Shown: positions 47,083 to 56,728 of the stretch, in pieces
How positions within the stretch are numbered: position 1 is the stretch's first letter
Layout: each line of letters starts with the position of its first letter
Source: an uncultured Planctomycetia bacterium
Lineage (GTDB): Bacteria; Omnitrophota; Gorgyraeia; Duberdicusellales; 4484-171
NCBI GenBank assembly: GCA_964489445.1
Contig: CAZAYU010000001.1
Span: 74,717-138,716 of the forward strand
Direction: 5' to 3'
Length of the DNA stretch: 64,000 bases
The notes under the pieces: generated by a model
Databases searched by the model: none
What the model was told of the DNA's origin: nothing
The model's input: only the letters and a program-made list of their open reading frames with translations
Made by a program: the position numbers and the translations under genes

Positions 47083-48414
47083 ATGGGACTATCTAAACAC
47101 AAAAAGAACAAACTGTTAAGCTTTATCTTATTGGTAATTTTCTTAATCATCTTAGGAATAGTGCTGTTCTGGATGGGAAAAACTAGATGTGATGGCAATC
47201 TATTGAAAAACAACAAAAAAATTATAGCAAATAATTTACTTACTGCTCAAAACCAACAAATAACACCTCCTGCTGGGCCAATAGTCATAAAAGCTACCTC
47301 TGAGGGTGGATACACTTTGTATGTAGGGAAAGAACCATTCCTCGCCAAAGGAGTCGGATACAACCCCACCCCAATCGGCAAAGGATACACCTATGATTTT
47401 TTTCAAGATGAAAGTAAACCTTGGTTGGTCGATGGGAAGCTAATGCAAAAAGCAGGAATCAATTGTGTTCGGATTTACACAACGAGTAAAGATCTAGACA
47501 AAGTAAAATTATTTATCCGAGAAATGTACGAAAACTTCGGTATTTACACCATTGTTAGTGATTGGTTAGGATTATGGAATTACCCAAGAGCTAACTACGC
47601 TGACAAAAATTTTCAAGAAAGCGTTAAACAAAAAATGCTCACCATCGTCGAGGCATTAAAAGATGAAAAAGGACTCCTGATGTGGATGTTGGGGAATGAA
47701 AATAACTACACATTTTCCGGGAAAATTGGTTTCTGGACTTCTCCGGAAATTGAAAAGATCGAGCAACCTGCCGAAAAACAAGTTAAAAGAGCAGAAATTT
47801 ACTATTCCTTCGTAAACGAGATTGCTTCTAGTATTAAAGCAATCGACAAATCACATCCAGTCGCCTTAGGAAACGGAGAAGCTAACTTTTTAGGAGTAGC
47901 TGCAAATACCTGCAATGACATTGATATTCTGGCAATAATCATCTACCGTGGAAAAACATTCGGTAATTTGTTTAACACCATCAGGAATACATTCAATAAG
48001 CCAATTATTCTTTCTGAATTCGGGTGTGAATCTTTCGATGCATATAAGAAAGAAGAAAACCAAGATATTCAATCAGATTTTTTGCTTGCTCAATGGAAGG
48101 AACTATATGCGAATACTACTCTCAGCGGAAACAAGGCTGGAAATTGTATTGGGGGATGTTCTTTCGAGTGGACTGATGAATGGTGGAAGCATAATGAAGG
48201 ATATGCTGATGATTGGAAAATTCACAATCAAGAAGCAGGATGGTCACATGGTGCATATTTCTTTGATATTCGCTCAGACAATAACCTAAATATGAATGAA
48301 GAATGGTTTGGCATCATCAGCTTAAGCAAGGAAATGGAAAACGGAATAAACAAGCGCACACCTAAAAAATCATTCTATACCTTAAAAAACTTCTTCTCTA
48401 ATCTTCAATATTAA
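47083..48414 (+). CDS. GH2-type TIM-barrel glycosidase-like protein, a membrane-anchored paralogue of the 43491-45821 C-terminal domain
   Basis: N-terminal TM. 'GINCVRIYTTSKD', 'MWMLGNENNY', 'ILSEFGCESF', 'FEWTDEWWKHNEG'. The same motif order as the upstream paralogue. Confidence 0.5.
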   Translation: MGLSKHKKNKLLSFILLVIFLIILGIVLFWMGKTRCDGNLLKNNKKIIANNLLTAQNQQITPPAGPIVIKATSEGGYTLYVGKEPFLAKGVGYNPTPIGKGYTYDFFQDESKPWLVDGKLMQKAGINCVRIYTTSKDLDKVKLFIREMYENFGIYTIVSDWLGLWNYPRANYADKNFQESVKQKMLTIVEALKDEKGLLMWMLGNENNYTFSGKIGFWTSPEIEKIEQPAEKQVKRAEIYYSFVNEIASSIKAIDKSHPVALGNGEANFLGVAANTCNDIDILAIIIYRGKTFGNLFNTIRNTFNKPIILSEFGCESFDAYKKEENQDIQSDFLLAQWKELYANTTLSGNKAGNCIGGCSFEWTDEWWKHNEGYADDWKIHNQEAGWSHGAYFFDIRSDNNLNMNEEWFGIISLSKEMENGINKRTPKKSFYTLKNFFSNLQY

Positions 48415-48512
48415 CAAGATTCATTTATTTGCCTAGTATTATACATCTGGCATAGTAGTAAATAATATACTACTTGGAAAATTATTAAAAGCATTATCAA
48501 TGTAGTGATAAT

Positions 48513-49145
48513 ATGAAAAATTACTGGTACCTAGCATTAGTACTATCCCTCTCTATCCATAGCCTGTTATTTATTAAGTACGGCATTTCTTTAAATGAGA
48601 TTCTCAAAAAAGAAGAAACAACTAACTCAAGAACAACAAAGATTGAGCTCACACCCGAGACAATGAAAAAAATAACAAAAAACAAACCTTTGAACGTGCA
48701 AGACATAAAACCACTTCCGTATCTGGAAAATTTTGTTGATGATCTAAACAAGAAAAATAAACCATCCTTGCTTAAAAAACTACAGATATCCCAGAAAAAT
48801 ATAAAGGATGTATTCTTTTCAGAAACATCACCGAGCAACCACGAACTGGAAAAGAATGACGCATACATGAATTATTACCGGTTAATAAGAGAAAAAATAA
48901 AAGCTAACGCTTACCATAACTACAATAGCAAAAGAGAAGGAGAGGTCCTCATCAATTTCATGGTCTTAGCCAGCGGATTACTCCAAGATATTGCTTTTGA
49001 CCAGAAATCAGTTGCTAGTGATGTTTTGAAAAAAATCGCCTTAAAAAGCGTTGGGGAATCTTCCCCGTTTCCAGAATTTCCAGAAGAACTAAAACAATAT
49101 TCTTATCTGCGATTTAACATATCAATATACTTTAAAAACGACTAG
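48513..49145 (+). CDS. TonB-family C-terminal-domain protein (putative energy transducer)
   Basis: An N-terminal TM ('YLALVLSLSIHSLLFI'), a linker, then a C-terminal TonB-like β-domain 'GEVLINFMVLASGLLQDIAFDQKSVASDVLKKIALKSV…FPEFP'. Confidence 0.45.
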   Translation: MKNYWYLALVLSLSIHSLLFIKYGISLNEILKKEETTNSRTTKIELTPETMKKITKNKPLNVQDIKPLPYLENFVDDLNKKNKPSLLKKLQISQKNIKDVFFSETSPSNHELEKNDAYMNYYRLIREKIKANAYHNYNSKREGEVLINFMVLASGLLQDIAFDQKSVASDVLKKIALKSVGESSPFPEFPEELKQYSYLRFNISIYFKND

Positions 49146-49150
49146 TTCTG

Positions 49151-49942
49151 ATGAATACCGAGCAACCACAGCTAAACACATCCAAATCTTTTAATGAAAA
49201 AACATCGGTTAAATTAAATGTAGCAATCAACAAGGGCTCATCAAGGATTTCCGCCAAAGCAATACTCCTGCCTTATAGTGAATGCCCCTCATCTCACGAA
49301 CTAATAACGACAACTATTGGAAAAATCATCCCTAGACAAAAAATAATAATCTTAAGCCCTAAATACGCAAATATTCATTCAGCTAATTATTTTCTGTCAA
49401 ACCGCAAACAATTATCAATACCCCTCAACAAAGCAAAGCTTGACGCTACTCTTACCAAGGCGATACTAAGTAATAAAAAATATCCCTTATCTGGCAGCCA
49501 AGAGTATATTTCTAAAAAAATGTTATCTACCTTGCAACATTTTTTTAAAAAATCACAGTTAACACTAATTAAATGCCAGAACTGCTCTTTAGGCACATAC
49601 CGAGAAATATCAACTCAAATGTTTGAAGCTTTAAAACATACACATAACGACACCTTGCTGATCGCTTTAGCCGACTTAGCCACATCTAATTCGGAAGCTA
49701 CTGTCAGAAAAATAGACAGACTGCTGATTGATGCAATTATAAATTTAAACGATGACTATATTATTGAAAAGATAAAAACCGAAAAGCTTCAAATGCTCGG
49801 AGAAGCTTCGCTTCTTATCTTGCTTAATTACTTAAAAATGACTGGCATCAAAAAAACACGAGTTAACGGATATAAGGTTAGAACAATAGCTGACAAGAAA
49901 CACCCTTTTATGTCCGGACACGCTGGAATCATTTTCCAATAA
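49151..49942 (+). CDS. Hypothetical protein, possibly MEMO1 / AmmeMemoRadiSam-system protein B-like
   Basis: The C-terminal 'MSGHAGIIFQ' resembles the MEMO family C-terminal 'GYAAIAF'. Otherwise weak. 263 aa. Confidence 0.35.
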   Translation: MNTEQPQLNTSKSFNEKTSVKLNVAINKGSSRISAKAILLPYSECPSSHELITTTIGKIIPRQKIIILSPKYANIHSANYFLSNRKQLSIPLNKAKLDATLTKAILSNKKYPLSGSQEYISKKMLSTLQHFFKKSQLTLIKCQNCSLGTYREISTQMFEALKHTHNDTLLIALADLATSNSEATVRKIDRLLIDAIINLNDDYIIEKIKTEKLQMLGEASLLILLNYLKMTGIKKTRVNGYKVRTIADKKHPFMSGHAGIIFQ

Positions 49943-50023
49943 ATTTTAAACTATTTGCATATTAACCAATCTGGTAGTAAAATTAGGGTTAAATCATTGT
50001 AAATTAGAGTAACTTCACAAATA

Positions 50024-50299
50024 ATGGATAAGAAAAACAACACAAAAGGACCTCAGAAACCTACATTTGCTTTATTCCTTTCATCCCTAGGTATGCAAGC
50101 AATGATTGCGCTAGGCAAGATTGAGAACCCGCTAACAAAAAAAACAGAAAAAAACCATAATCAAGCTAGCTTCCTAATTGATACCTTGGAAATAATTAAA
50201 GAAAAAACAAAAAATAATCTCTCAAAAGACGAAGAAAAGCTGCTCGATGAGTACTTATTTAATCTAAAGATGATATACGCCAAAGCCATAAAAGAATGA
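50024..50299 (+). CDS. DUF1844-like small protein
   Basis: 'FALFLSSLGMQAMIALGKIENPLTKKTEKNHNQASFLIDTLEIIKEKTKNNLSKDEEKLLDEYLFNLKMIY' matches the conserved DUF1844 pattern (F..F..SL..QAL..LG…NP.T…E.NL.QA…ID.L..L.EKTKGNL…E..LL…L..L…Y). Confidence 0.4.
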   Translation: MDKKNNTKGPQKPTFALFLSSLGMQAMIALGKIENPLTKKTEKNHNQASFLIDTLEIIKEKTKNNLSKDEEKLLDEYLFNLKMIYAKAIKE

Positions 50300-50472
50300 T
50301 AAGTAAAGACCTCTTGAAAATTTTGGCTTGCCCGCTATGCAAAACAAACGTCATTCTAAAAAATGGCTATCTTGTTTGTGAAGAATGTGGCAGAAAATAC
50401 CCAATAAAAGATGAAATACCAATAATGTTAATTGAGGAGGCATCAATTGATGAAAAAATCAGTAAAAAGTAG
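50296..50472 (+). CDS. Trm112/YcaR-like zinc-finger small protein (UPF0434). 58 aa, below the ORF-track cutoff.
   Basis: 'MISKDLLKILACPLCKTNVILKNGYLVCEECGRKYPIKDEIPIMLIEEA' is the classic Trm112p-like pattern (LL.IL.CP.CK..L…..L.C..C…YPI.DGIP.ML..EA). Its stop overlaps the aroQ start region. Confidence 0.55.
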   Translation: MISKDLLKILACPLCKTNVILKNGYLVCEECGRKYPIKDEIPIMLIEEASIDEKISKK

Positions 50473-50905
50473 AATTTTAGTAATTCATGGCCCCAATTTA
50501 CAGCTTCTAGGAAAAAGGGAGAAAGGCATTTATGGAACATGCACCCTAAAAAATATTAACGACAGCTTGAGAAAGGAGGCCTCTAAACACAACATTGACT
50601 TAAAAATAATTCAATCTAATTCTGAAGAAAAAATAATTAACGCTATAACTAATTTAGATTATAATTTCTTGCTTATAAACCCCGCTGCATACACACACAC
50701 TTCTGTAGCAATACGTGATGCGTTATTGGCTACGGGCAAACCATCTATAGAAGTTCATCTCTCAAACATCTACAAGCGAGAAGATTTCCGTAAAAAATCA
50801 TTGACAAGCGACATTGTCATCGGAGTAATAGCCGGATTAGGAAAACTAAGCTACCTACTTGCACTACACGCGGCAATTTCTCTGATCAAACATCCTAAAC
50901 AATAA
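50450..50905 (+). CDS. aroQ: 3-dehydroquinate dehydratase, type II
   Basis: 'ILVIHGPNLQLLGKREKGIYG', 'INPAAYTHTSVAIRDA', 'IEVHLSNI'. I placed the start at 'MKKSVKS'. Confidence 0.9.
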   Translation: MKKSVKSRILVIHGPNLQLLGKREKGIYGTCTLKNINDSLRKEASKHNIDLKIIQSNSEEKIINAITNLDYNFLLINPAAYTHTSVAIRDALLATGKPSIEVHLSNIYKREDFRKKSLTSDIVIGVIAGLGKLSYLLALHAAISLIKHPKQ

Positions 50906-50906
50906 G

Positions 50907-51986
50907 GTGAAATACAAGATTCAAAAATGTGCAAAGCAGTTGAAAAAACTACAACTAGATGCTCTGCTTGTTTCTAACCCGGAAAACATAGCTTATCTTA
51001 CAGAATATAGAAATATTAACGGACAGCTTCTCGCTACTTGCGATCAGCAGCTAATCCTATTCATCAGCCCTCTCTACAAGGATTACACTCAAGAAACCCC
51101 GTATCTCAAGATAATTGTCCTGGGCAACGGAGAAAATTTAGCCACCGCCTTAGTTCAAACACTCAAAAAGTATAAATATAAAAGAGTTGGCTTCGAACAA
51201 AGTAATATTTCATACCAACAACAATTAAATTTAAATAGCAAGCTAGTTGAAAATAATATTATTTTTTTAAAAACTTACAACCTCGTCAAAAGAATAAGAA
51301 TGATAAAAAGCAAGAAAGAAATAGATTTAATAAGACAATCAGTCCAAATAAGCAAAGAAGCATTCAGCTTTATTAAAAACATTGTTAAACCTAATATGAC
51401 CGAAAAAACACTTTCTATCGAAATTGAACGCTTTTTAAGACTTAGAGGCGACAACGAAATTGCTTTTAGCACCATTGTCGCATCTGAGAAAAATAGTGCC
51501 TTACCACATCATTTCCCTAAAAAGGAGAAGCTGGGTAAAAGTTTTTTCCTAATTGACTTAGGCTCAAGATATTATGGATATTGCGCTGACTTGACAAAGA
51601 TATTTTTTTGGAGTAAAATACCACTTCATTTACGAAATATCTACGATGTAATCCTAGAGGCACAAGAAGCGAGCATAAAAAAAATACGAGAAGGTGTCAC
51701 CGCAGAGGAAATTGATACAGCAGCCAGAATAGTTATCGAGAAAAAAGGGTGGGGAAAAAATTTTAGCCATAGTCTTGGTCATGGAGTTGGATTATCAGTA
51801 CACGAACTACCATTACTCGCTCCCGGAAACAAAGAAATATTGAAAGAAGGAATGGTTGTAACTATTGAACCAGCAGTATATTTTAGTAATAAATTTGGAA
51901 TTAGAATTGAAGATATGGTTTTAGTCAAGAAAAATAAAGGAGAGATTTTAAGTGGCAATCTCAATCGGCAGCCTGAAAGTATCTAA
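50907..51986 (+). CDS. M24-family Xaa-Pro aminopeptidase/dipeptidase
   Basis: Creatinase-like N-terminal domain plus a pita-bread domain. 'FLIDLGSRYYGYCADLTK', 'HSLGHGVGLSVHE', 'IEPAVY…GIRIEDMVLV'. Confidence 0.85.
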   Translation: MKYKIQKCAKQLKKLQLDALLVSNPENIAYLTEYRNINGQLLATCDQQLILFISPLYKDYTQETPYLKIIVLGNGENLATALVQTLKKYKYKRVGFEQSNISYQQQLNLNSKLVENNIIFLKTYNLVKRIRMIKSKKEIDLIRQSVQISKEAFSFIKNIVKPNMTEKTLSIEIERFLRLRGDNEIAFSTIVASEKNSALPHHFPKKEKLGKSFFLIDLGSRYYGYCADLTKIFFWSKIPLHLRNIYDVILEAQEASIKKIREGVTAEEIDTAARIVIEKKGWGKNFSHSLGHGVGLSVHELPLLAPGNKEILKEGMVVTIEPAVYFSNKFGIRIEDMVLVKKNKGEILSGNLNRQPESI

Positions 51987-52512
51987 CGTAATCCAATATA
52001 ATAACGATCTGTACACCATACTAACTTGTGAGCACGCAAAATTAGGCAGAGGACCTGCTTTTTGCCGTGCCAAGCTTAAGAGTATTAAAAATGCCCAGAT
52101 TATCAACTGTACTTTACGTGATTCCGATAACATCAAGCAAATGTTTACGGAAAAACGAAAAATGCAGTATCTTTATGCTGATAGTGCCGGATATCATTTT
52201 CTAGATCTGGAAACATATGAAGAACTTGTACTAAGCAAAGAAAGAATTAATGGTAACCAAATTTGGCTACGAGATAATCTTGAGCTCTCTGGGGTATTTT
52301 GCAATAACAACTTAATCGACATGGAATTTCCGGCATACATAACATTAAAAGTTGATGAAGTTACTCCCGGAATTCGTGGGAACACAGTAAAAGCCGGCAC
52401 AAAACCAGCAAAGCTGGAAACAGGTCTCATTATTAACGTTCCATTATTTATCGAAAATAATGACACGATAAAGGTTGATACATCAACGAAAGAATACGCG
52501 GGGAAAACGTAA
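51952..52512 (+). CDS. efp: Elongation factor P
   Basis: 186 aa. 'KLGRGPAFCRAKLKSIKNAQI' (KPGKG-like loop) and the three-domain EF-P pattern. Overlaps the peptidase 3' end. Confidence 0.85.
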   Translation: MAISIGSLKVSNVIQYNNDLYTILTCEHAKLGRGPAFCRAKLKSIKNAQIINCTLRDSDNIKQMFTEKRKMQYLYADSAGYHFLDLETYEELVLSKERINGNQIWLRDNLELSGVFCNNNLIDMEFPAYITLKVDEVTPGIRGNTVKAGTKPAKLETGLIINVPLFIENNDTIKVDTSTKEYAGKT

Positions 52513-52552
52513 TTAAACGTAAAATCAAAAAAGATACACCTGGAGGATTATT

Positions 52553-52975
52553 ATGGAAGCAAGTAAATTAAAGAAATTTATTGAATTTATGAATGAAAAT
52601 AATTTGGCTGAATTAGAGATTGAAGAGGAAGGAAAACGTATTCGTTTAAAAAAAAATGTTTGCAGCGAACAAATAACCACCCCTAAGCCATCTGTTAACA
52701 TTCCAGATCACACCTCCGAACTAAAAACCGATAACCTAGCAGAAATAACATCTCCTATGGTAGGTACTTTTTATCGTGCTCCATCTCCAGAAGCAAATCC
52801 TTACAAGAACGTGGGAGAGAACGTTAATCCCGGCGATGTCTTATGTATTATTGAAGCAATGAAATTAATGAACGAAATAAAATCTGAAATCAGTGGCAAG
52901 ATTATCCAGGTTTCCGTAGAAAACGGAGAACCAGTTGAATTCGGGCAAACACTATTTAGGATTGACCCACTATAA
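52553..52975 (+). CDS. accB: Biotin carboxyl carrier protein of acetyl-CoA carboxylase
   Basis: Biotinylation motif '[10 protein letters not shown]' plus a C-terminal lipoyl-like domain. Confidence 0.85.
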   Translation: MEASKLKKFIEFMNENNLAELEIEEEGKRIRLKKNVCSEQITTPKPSVNIPDHTSELKTDNLAEITSPMVGTFYRAPSPEANPYKNVGENVNPGDVLCIIEAMKLMNEIKSEISGKIIQVSVENGEPVEFGQTLFRIDPL

Positions 52976-52978
52976 AAT

Positions 52979-54331
52979 ATGTTTTCTAAAGTTTTAATTG
53001 CAAATAGAGGTGAAATAGCAATACGAATTATCCGCGCCTGCAAAGAGCTAGGTCTAAAAACGGTTGCTGTTTATTCTGAAGCCGATAAAAATTCTCTTCA
53101 TCTGGAATTTGCCGACGAGGCTATTTGCATTGGTAAGCCACCTTCCGCTGAAAGCTACTTAAACATTCCTAGGATTATCAGTGCTGCAGAAATTACCGAT
53201 AGTGATGCTATACATCCTGGGTATGGATTCCTAGCCGAAAATCCTCACTTTGCCGAAGTTTGTGAATCCTGTGGAATAAAGTTTATTGGCCCCTCAGCCG
53301 AAAGCATTAAACTTATGGGTGACAAAATTCAGGCAAAAATGACCATGAAGAAAGCAGGAATCCCCCTTATCCCCGGCAGTAGTGGAAACATCCAGGATAA
53401 AGAAGAGGCTCTAAAAGTAGCTGAAGACATAGGCTACCCTTTAATTATAAAAGCAAAAGCCGGAGGTGGAGGGAAAGGAATGCGTGTTTGCCATAGCGAT
53501 GTTCGATTGGTAAGCGCCTTACTTACCGCACAAAACGAAGCTAATGCTTCTTTTGGTGACTCAGAAGTATACATTGAGAAATTTATTGAAAACCCTCGCC
53601 ACATCGAAGTCCAAATCGCTGCCGACAACTATGGAAATGCTATTTATTTAGGCGAAAGAGACTGTAGTATCCAAAGGCGACATCAAAAAATAATTGAAGA
53701 AACACCTTCACCAGCTGTTAATCCTCGAATGCGTAAGCGCTTAGGAGAATTATGTCTCAAAGGAATAAAATTTATTGGTTACCAAAGTGTAGGGACTATT
53801 GAATTTCTTTTAGATAAGCAAGGAAATTTTTATTTTATGGAGATGAATACACGAATACAGGTCGAGCATACGATCACCGAAGAAGTGACTGGAATAGATC
53901 TAGTAAAATTACAAATTCTCCTTGCTGCCGGAGAAAAAATGAACACAAAGCAAGATGAAATTAAGATAAACGGATCTTCGATCGAGTGCCGAATAAACGC
54001 CGAAGACCCTGATCAGAATTTCCTTCCATCACCCGGAGTGATTAATTTTTACTATACACCAGGCGGCAAGGATATCCGAGTTGACACCCATATATATTCA
54101 GGATACCGCATCCCACCGTTTTATGATTCTTTAATTGCCAAGGTCATAGCAACTGCGCCATCACGTAAAGAAGCCCTAATAAAGATGGATCGAGCATTAT
54201 CGGAATTCTTAATTGAACCAGTCAAGACAACTGTTCCTTTTTGTCAAAAAGTAATAAACAATCCTGACTTCAGAAGAGGTCAATACGATACAGGATTTTT
54301 AGAAAAATTTTTTAAAACTCAAGATGAGTAG
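52979..54331 (+). CDS. accC: Biotin carboxylase
   Basis: '[22 protein letters not shown]', '[13 protein letters not shown]', '[16 protein letters not shown]'. 450 aa. Confidence 0.95.
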   Translation: MFSKVLIANRGEIAIRIIRACKELGLKTVAVYSEADKNSLHLEFADEAICIGKPPSAESYLNIPRIISAAEITDSDAIHPGYGFLAENPHFAEVCESCGIKFIGPSAESIKLMGDKIQAKMTMKKAGIPLIPGSSGNIQDKEEALKVAEDIGYPLIIKAKAGGGGKGMRVCHSDVRLVSALLTAQNEANASFGDSEVYIEKFIENPRHIEVQIAADNYGNAIYLGERDCSIQRRHQKIIEETPSPAVNPRMRKRLGELCLKGIKFIGYQSVGTIEFLLDKQGNFYFMEMNTRIQVEHTITEEVTGIDLVKLQILLAAGEKMNTKQDEIKINGSSIECRINAEDPDQNFLPSPGVINFYYTPGGKDIRVDTHIYSGYRIPPFYDSLIAKVIATAPSRKEALIKMDRALSEFLIEPVKTTVPFCQKVINNPDFRRGQYDTGFLEKFFKTQDE

Positions 54332-54352
54332 ACACAAAAAAGGAGGTAGATA

Positions 54353-54934
54353 ATGGGGCTCTTAACAACATTACTATACATTATCTTATCAATTGTCTCT
54401 GGCACTTTATTGATCGGTATATCCTTGAATATAGCTGATATTCCGACTCTACTTGGCATGCTCGAATCTAAAATCATTGCAGACCCTTTGCTAAAAACTA
54501 CTTTTTTACTCGTTGGAACCATTATTATCCTTCTTTGTTTGCGCTATATACAAAGAATATTTCTTAAATCCCACAGAAATAAATCAATATCTTTTAAAAC
54601 ACCTCAAGGAAATGTAAGTATTACTATCCTGGCCATTGAAGATATGCTAAAAAAAATGCTTGAAGAAAAACCGGAGGTATCACACATTAAGCCTAGAGTA
54701 TCATTAAAAAAGAAAAAAATAGAAGTATCAACTAAAGGAGTTTTGACCGCAGAAGTAAATCTTGTCGAGTTCACAAAGGAAATACAAGAAAAAATAAAGG
54801 AAAAAATAAACACTCTCCTTGGTGAGGATAAGCAAGTAGAAGTAAATCTAGAAATTAAAAAAGTTTCTTTGGGCAACAAAAACAAAACTCTAGAGAAAGA
54901 AGAGCCAAAAGTACCATTTCGCAATTACTCATAA
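54353..54934 (+). CDS. Hypothetical membrane protein. It might be an Asp23-associated membrane anchor (AmaP-like).
   Basis: Two N-terminal TM helices, then a charged K/E-rich tail. Genes downstream of accBC are often Asp23/AmaP family, so this is a synteny-based guess only. Confidence 0.3.
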   Translation: MGLLTTLLYIILSIVSGTLLIGISLNIADIPTLLGMLESKIIADPLLKTTFLLVGTIIILLCLRYIQRIFLKSHRNKSISFKTPQGNVSITILAIEDMLKKMLEEKPEVSHIKPRVSLKKKKIEVSTKGVLTAEVNLVEFTKEIQEKIKEKINTLLGEDKQVEVNLEIKKVSLGNKNKTLEKEEPKVPFRNYS

Positions 54935-55117
54935 CAAAAGAGTAGCTCTTTTGACTACTGCTCTAATCTGCTAAAATATAAGCAATAAAATAGAGCTAGT
55001 ATTCTTACAAGAAACCAAGGAAACAGTTTTTAAATTAAAGCATTTTGAAATTATCATCTGGCTATACTTTGATGTAATAATTAAACAACTATATCACTAC
55101 CAAAAAGGGGGAACAAA

Positions 55118-56143
55118 ATGAAAATTGGAATTCTTACCGGCGGAGGAGATTGCCCAGGATTAAATTCAGTAATTAGGGCAGTAGTCAGAAAAGCAATCAG
55201 TGAAAACCAGGAGGTTATCGGCTTAAAATATGGATGGAAAGGCTTGTTAGAAAAAGATTATGTGCCGTTAGACTTAGATTCTGTTTCCGGAATCTTACCA
55301 AAAGGAGGAACAATCCTTGGCACATCCAGAACAAATCCTTGCAAAAAAGAAGGCGAAGTTGAAAAGGTTATTCAAAATTTTAATGAACTAGGACTAAACG
55401 CCTTGGTTGCAATTGGAGGAGAAGATACTTTAGGCGTAGCCACTAAATTATTTGAGAAGGGGTTAAATGTTGTTGGAGTTCCTAAAACTATCGACAATGA
55501 TCTTGGGGCAACTGACTTTACATTCGGCTTTGATACTGCAATAAACATTGTGACAACTTGCATAGATCGCCTCCACACAACCGCCGAATCACACAACCGT
55601 GTTATGGTTGTCGAGGTTATGGGCAGACATGCTGGGTGGATAGCTGCTTATTCCGGAATTGCCGGCGGAGCAGATTATATACTCATTCCGGAATTGCTGA
55701 TTGATATCGACGAAGTCTGTCAATCATTAAAAATGCGCCATCAAAGAAACAAAAAATTCAGTATTGTTGTAATATCAGAGGGTGCTGCCTTTAAAGACAA
55801 AGACTTGTTTCTTCAAGAAGAAAAAATGGATGAATTTGGACACGTTCGTTTAGGCGGTATTGGACACGCATTAGGCAAAATAATTGAGCAAAAAACTGGT
55901 TTCGAAACAAGGGTCACTGTTTTAGGGCATATCCAACGTGGCGGTTCTCCGTCTGCTTTTGACCGCGTTTTGGGGACACGCTTCGGAATCATGGCGTACG
56001 ATTTAATTAAATCTGGAAAATTTGGTAGAATGGCCAGCCTTAAAGGTAACGACATTGTAGATGTTCCATTGAGCGCAGCTACCGAGAAACTAAAAACTTT
56101 AGATTTACGATTATATGAAATGGCTAAGATTTTCTTTAAATAA
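55118..56143 (+). CDS. Phosphofructokinase paralogue 2, probably pyrophosphate-dependent (Pfp-type, short form)
   Basis: Canonical 'GGGDCPGLN'. 'GGEDTLG' (cf. PPi-type GGDDS versus ATP-type GGDGS). 'VPKTIDNDL', which has Lys where ATP-PFKs have Gly. 'MGRHAGW', 'LGHIQRGGSP'. Confidence 0.8.
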   Translation: MKIGILTGGGDCPGLNSVIRAVVRKAISENQEVIGLKYGWKGLLEKDYVPLDLDSVSGILPKGGTILGTSRTNPCKKEGEVEKVIQNFNELGLNALVAIGGEDTLGVATKLFEKGLNVVGVPKTIDNDLGATDFTFGFDTAINIVTTCIDRLHTTAESHNRVMVVEVMGRHAGWIAAYSGIAGGADYILIPELLIDIDEVCQSLKMRHQRNKKFSIVVISEGAAFKDKDLFLQEEKMDEFGHVRLGGIGHALGKIIEQKTGFETRVTVLGHIQRGGSPSAFDRVLGTRFGIMAYDLIKSGKFGRMASLKGNDIVDVPLSAATEKLKTLDLRLYEMAKIFFK

Positions 56144-56152
56144 CTATTTTTT

Positions 56153-56728
56153 ATGAATCCGACAATCAAAACATCAATCGACAAGCATGCTGAGACTCTG
56201 GAAACATTAAGGCATAGTTGTCAAGTTATCGATGATATTGCCTTAATGTTTATCACATCACTAAAAAATAATGGCAAGATAATATTTATGGGTAACGGCG
56301 GCAGCGCTGCAGACTCGCAACACTTAGCCGCAGAGCTAATAGGTCGCTTCAAAAAAAACAGAGCGTCTCTACCGGCAATAGCCTTATCGACAAACACATC
56401 TACTATCACTGCTATTGGTAACGACTTCGGATTTGAACAAATATTCTCTCGCCAAGTAGAGGCACTCGCTTCCAGCCTAGATATCTTGGTGGGAATATCT
56501 ACTTCTGGCAACTCAAATAATGTCATTAACGCAATTGAGACAGCAAAACAATCTAATGTTAAAACTGTTGGCTTTTTAGGCCATGGTGGAGGGAGACTAA
56601 AAGAACTAGTGGACACACCTTTGATAATTAATTCTTTTGATACTCCACGCATCCAAGAAATGCATTTGTTGTCCGGCCATATAATTTGTGAAATAGTTGA
56701 ACAATATTTTACAGAAAAAAATGGGTAA
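56153..56728 (+). CDS. gmhA: D-sedoheptulose-7-phosphate isomerase (SIS domain)
   Basis: 'IIFMGNGGSAADSQHLAAELIGRF', 'ISTSGNSNNVINA'. Confidence 0.85.
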   Translation: MNPTIKTSIDKHAETLETLRHSCQVIDDIALMFITSLKNNGKIIFMGNGGSAADSQHLAAELIGRFKKNRASLPAIALSTNTSTITAIGNDFGFEQIFSRQVEALASSLDILVGISTSGNSNNVINAIETAKQSNVKTVGFLGHGGGRLKELVDTPLIINSFDTPRIQEMHLLSGHIICEIVEQYFTEKNG

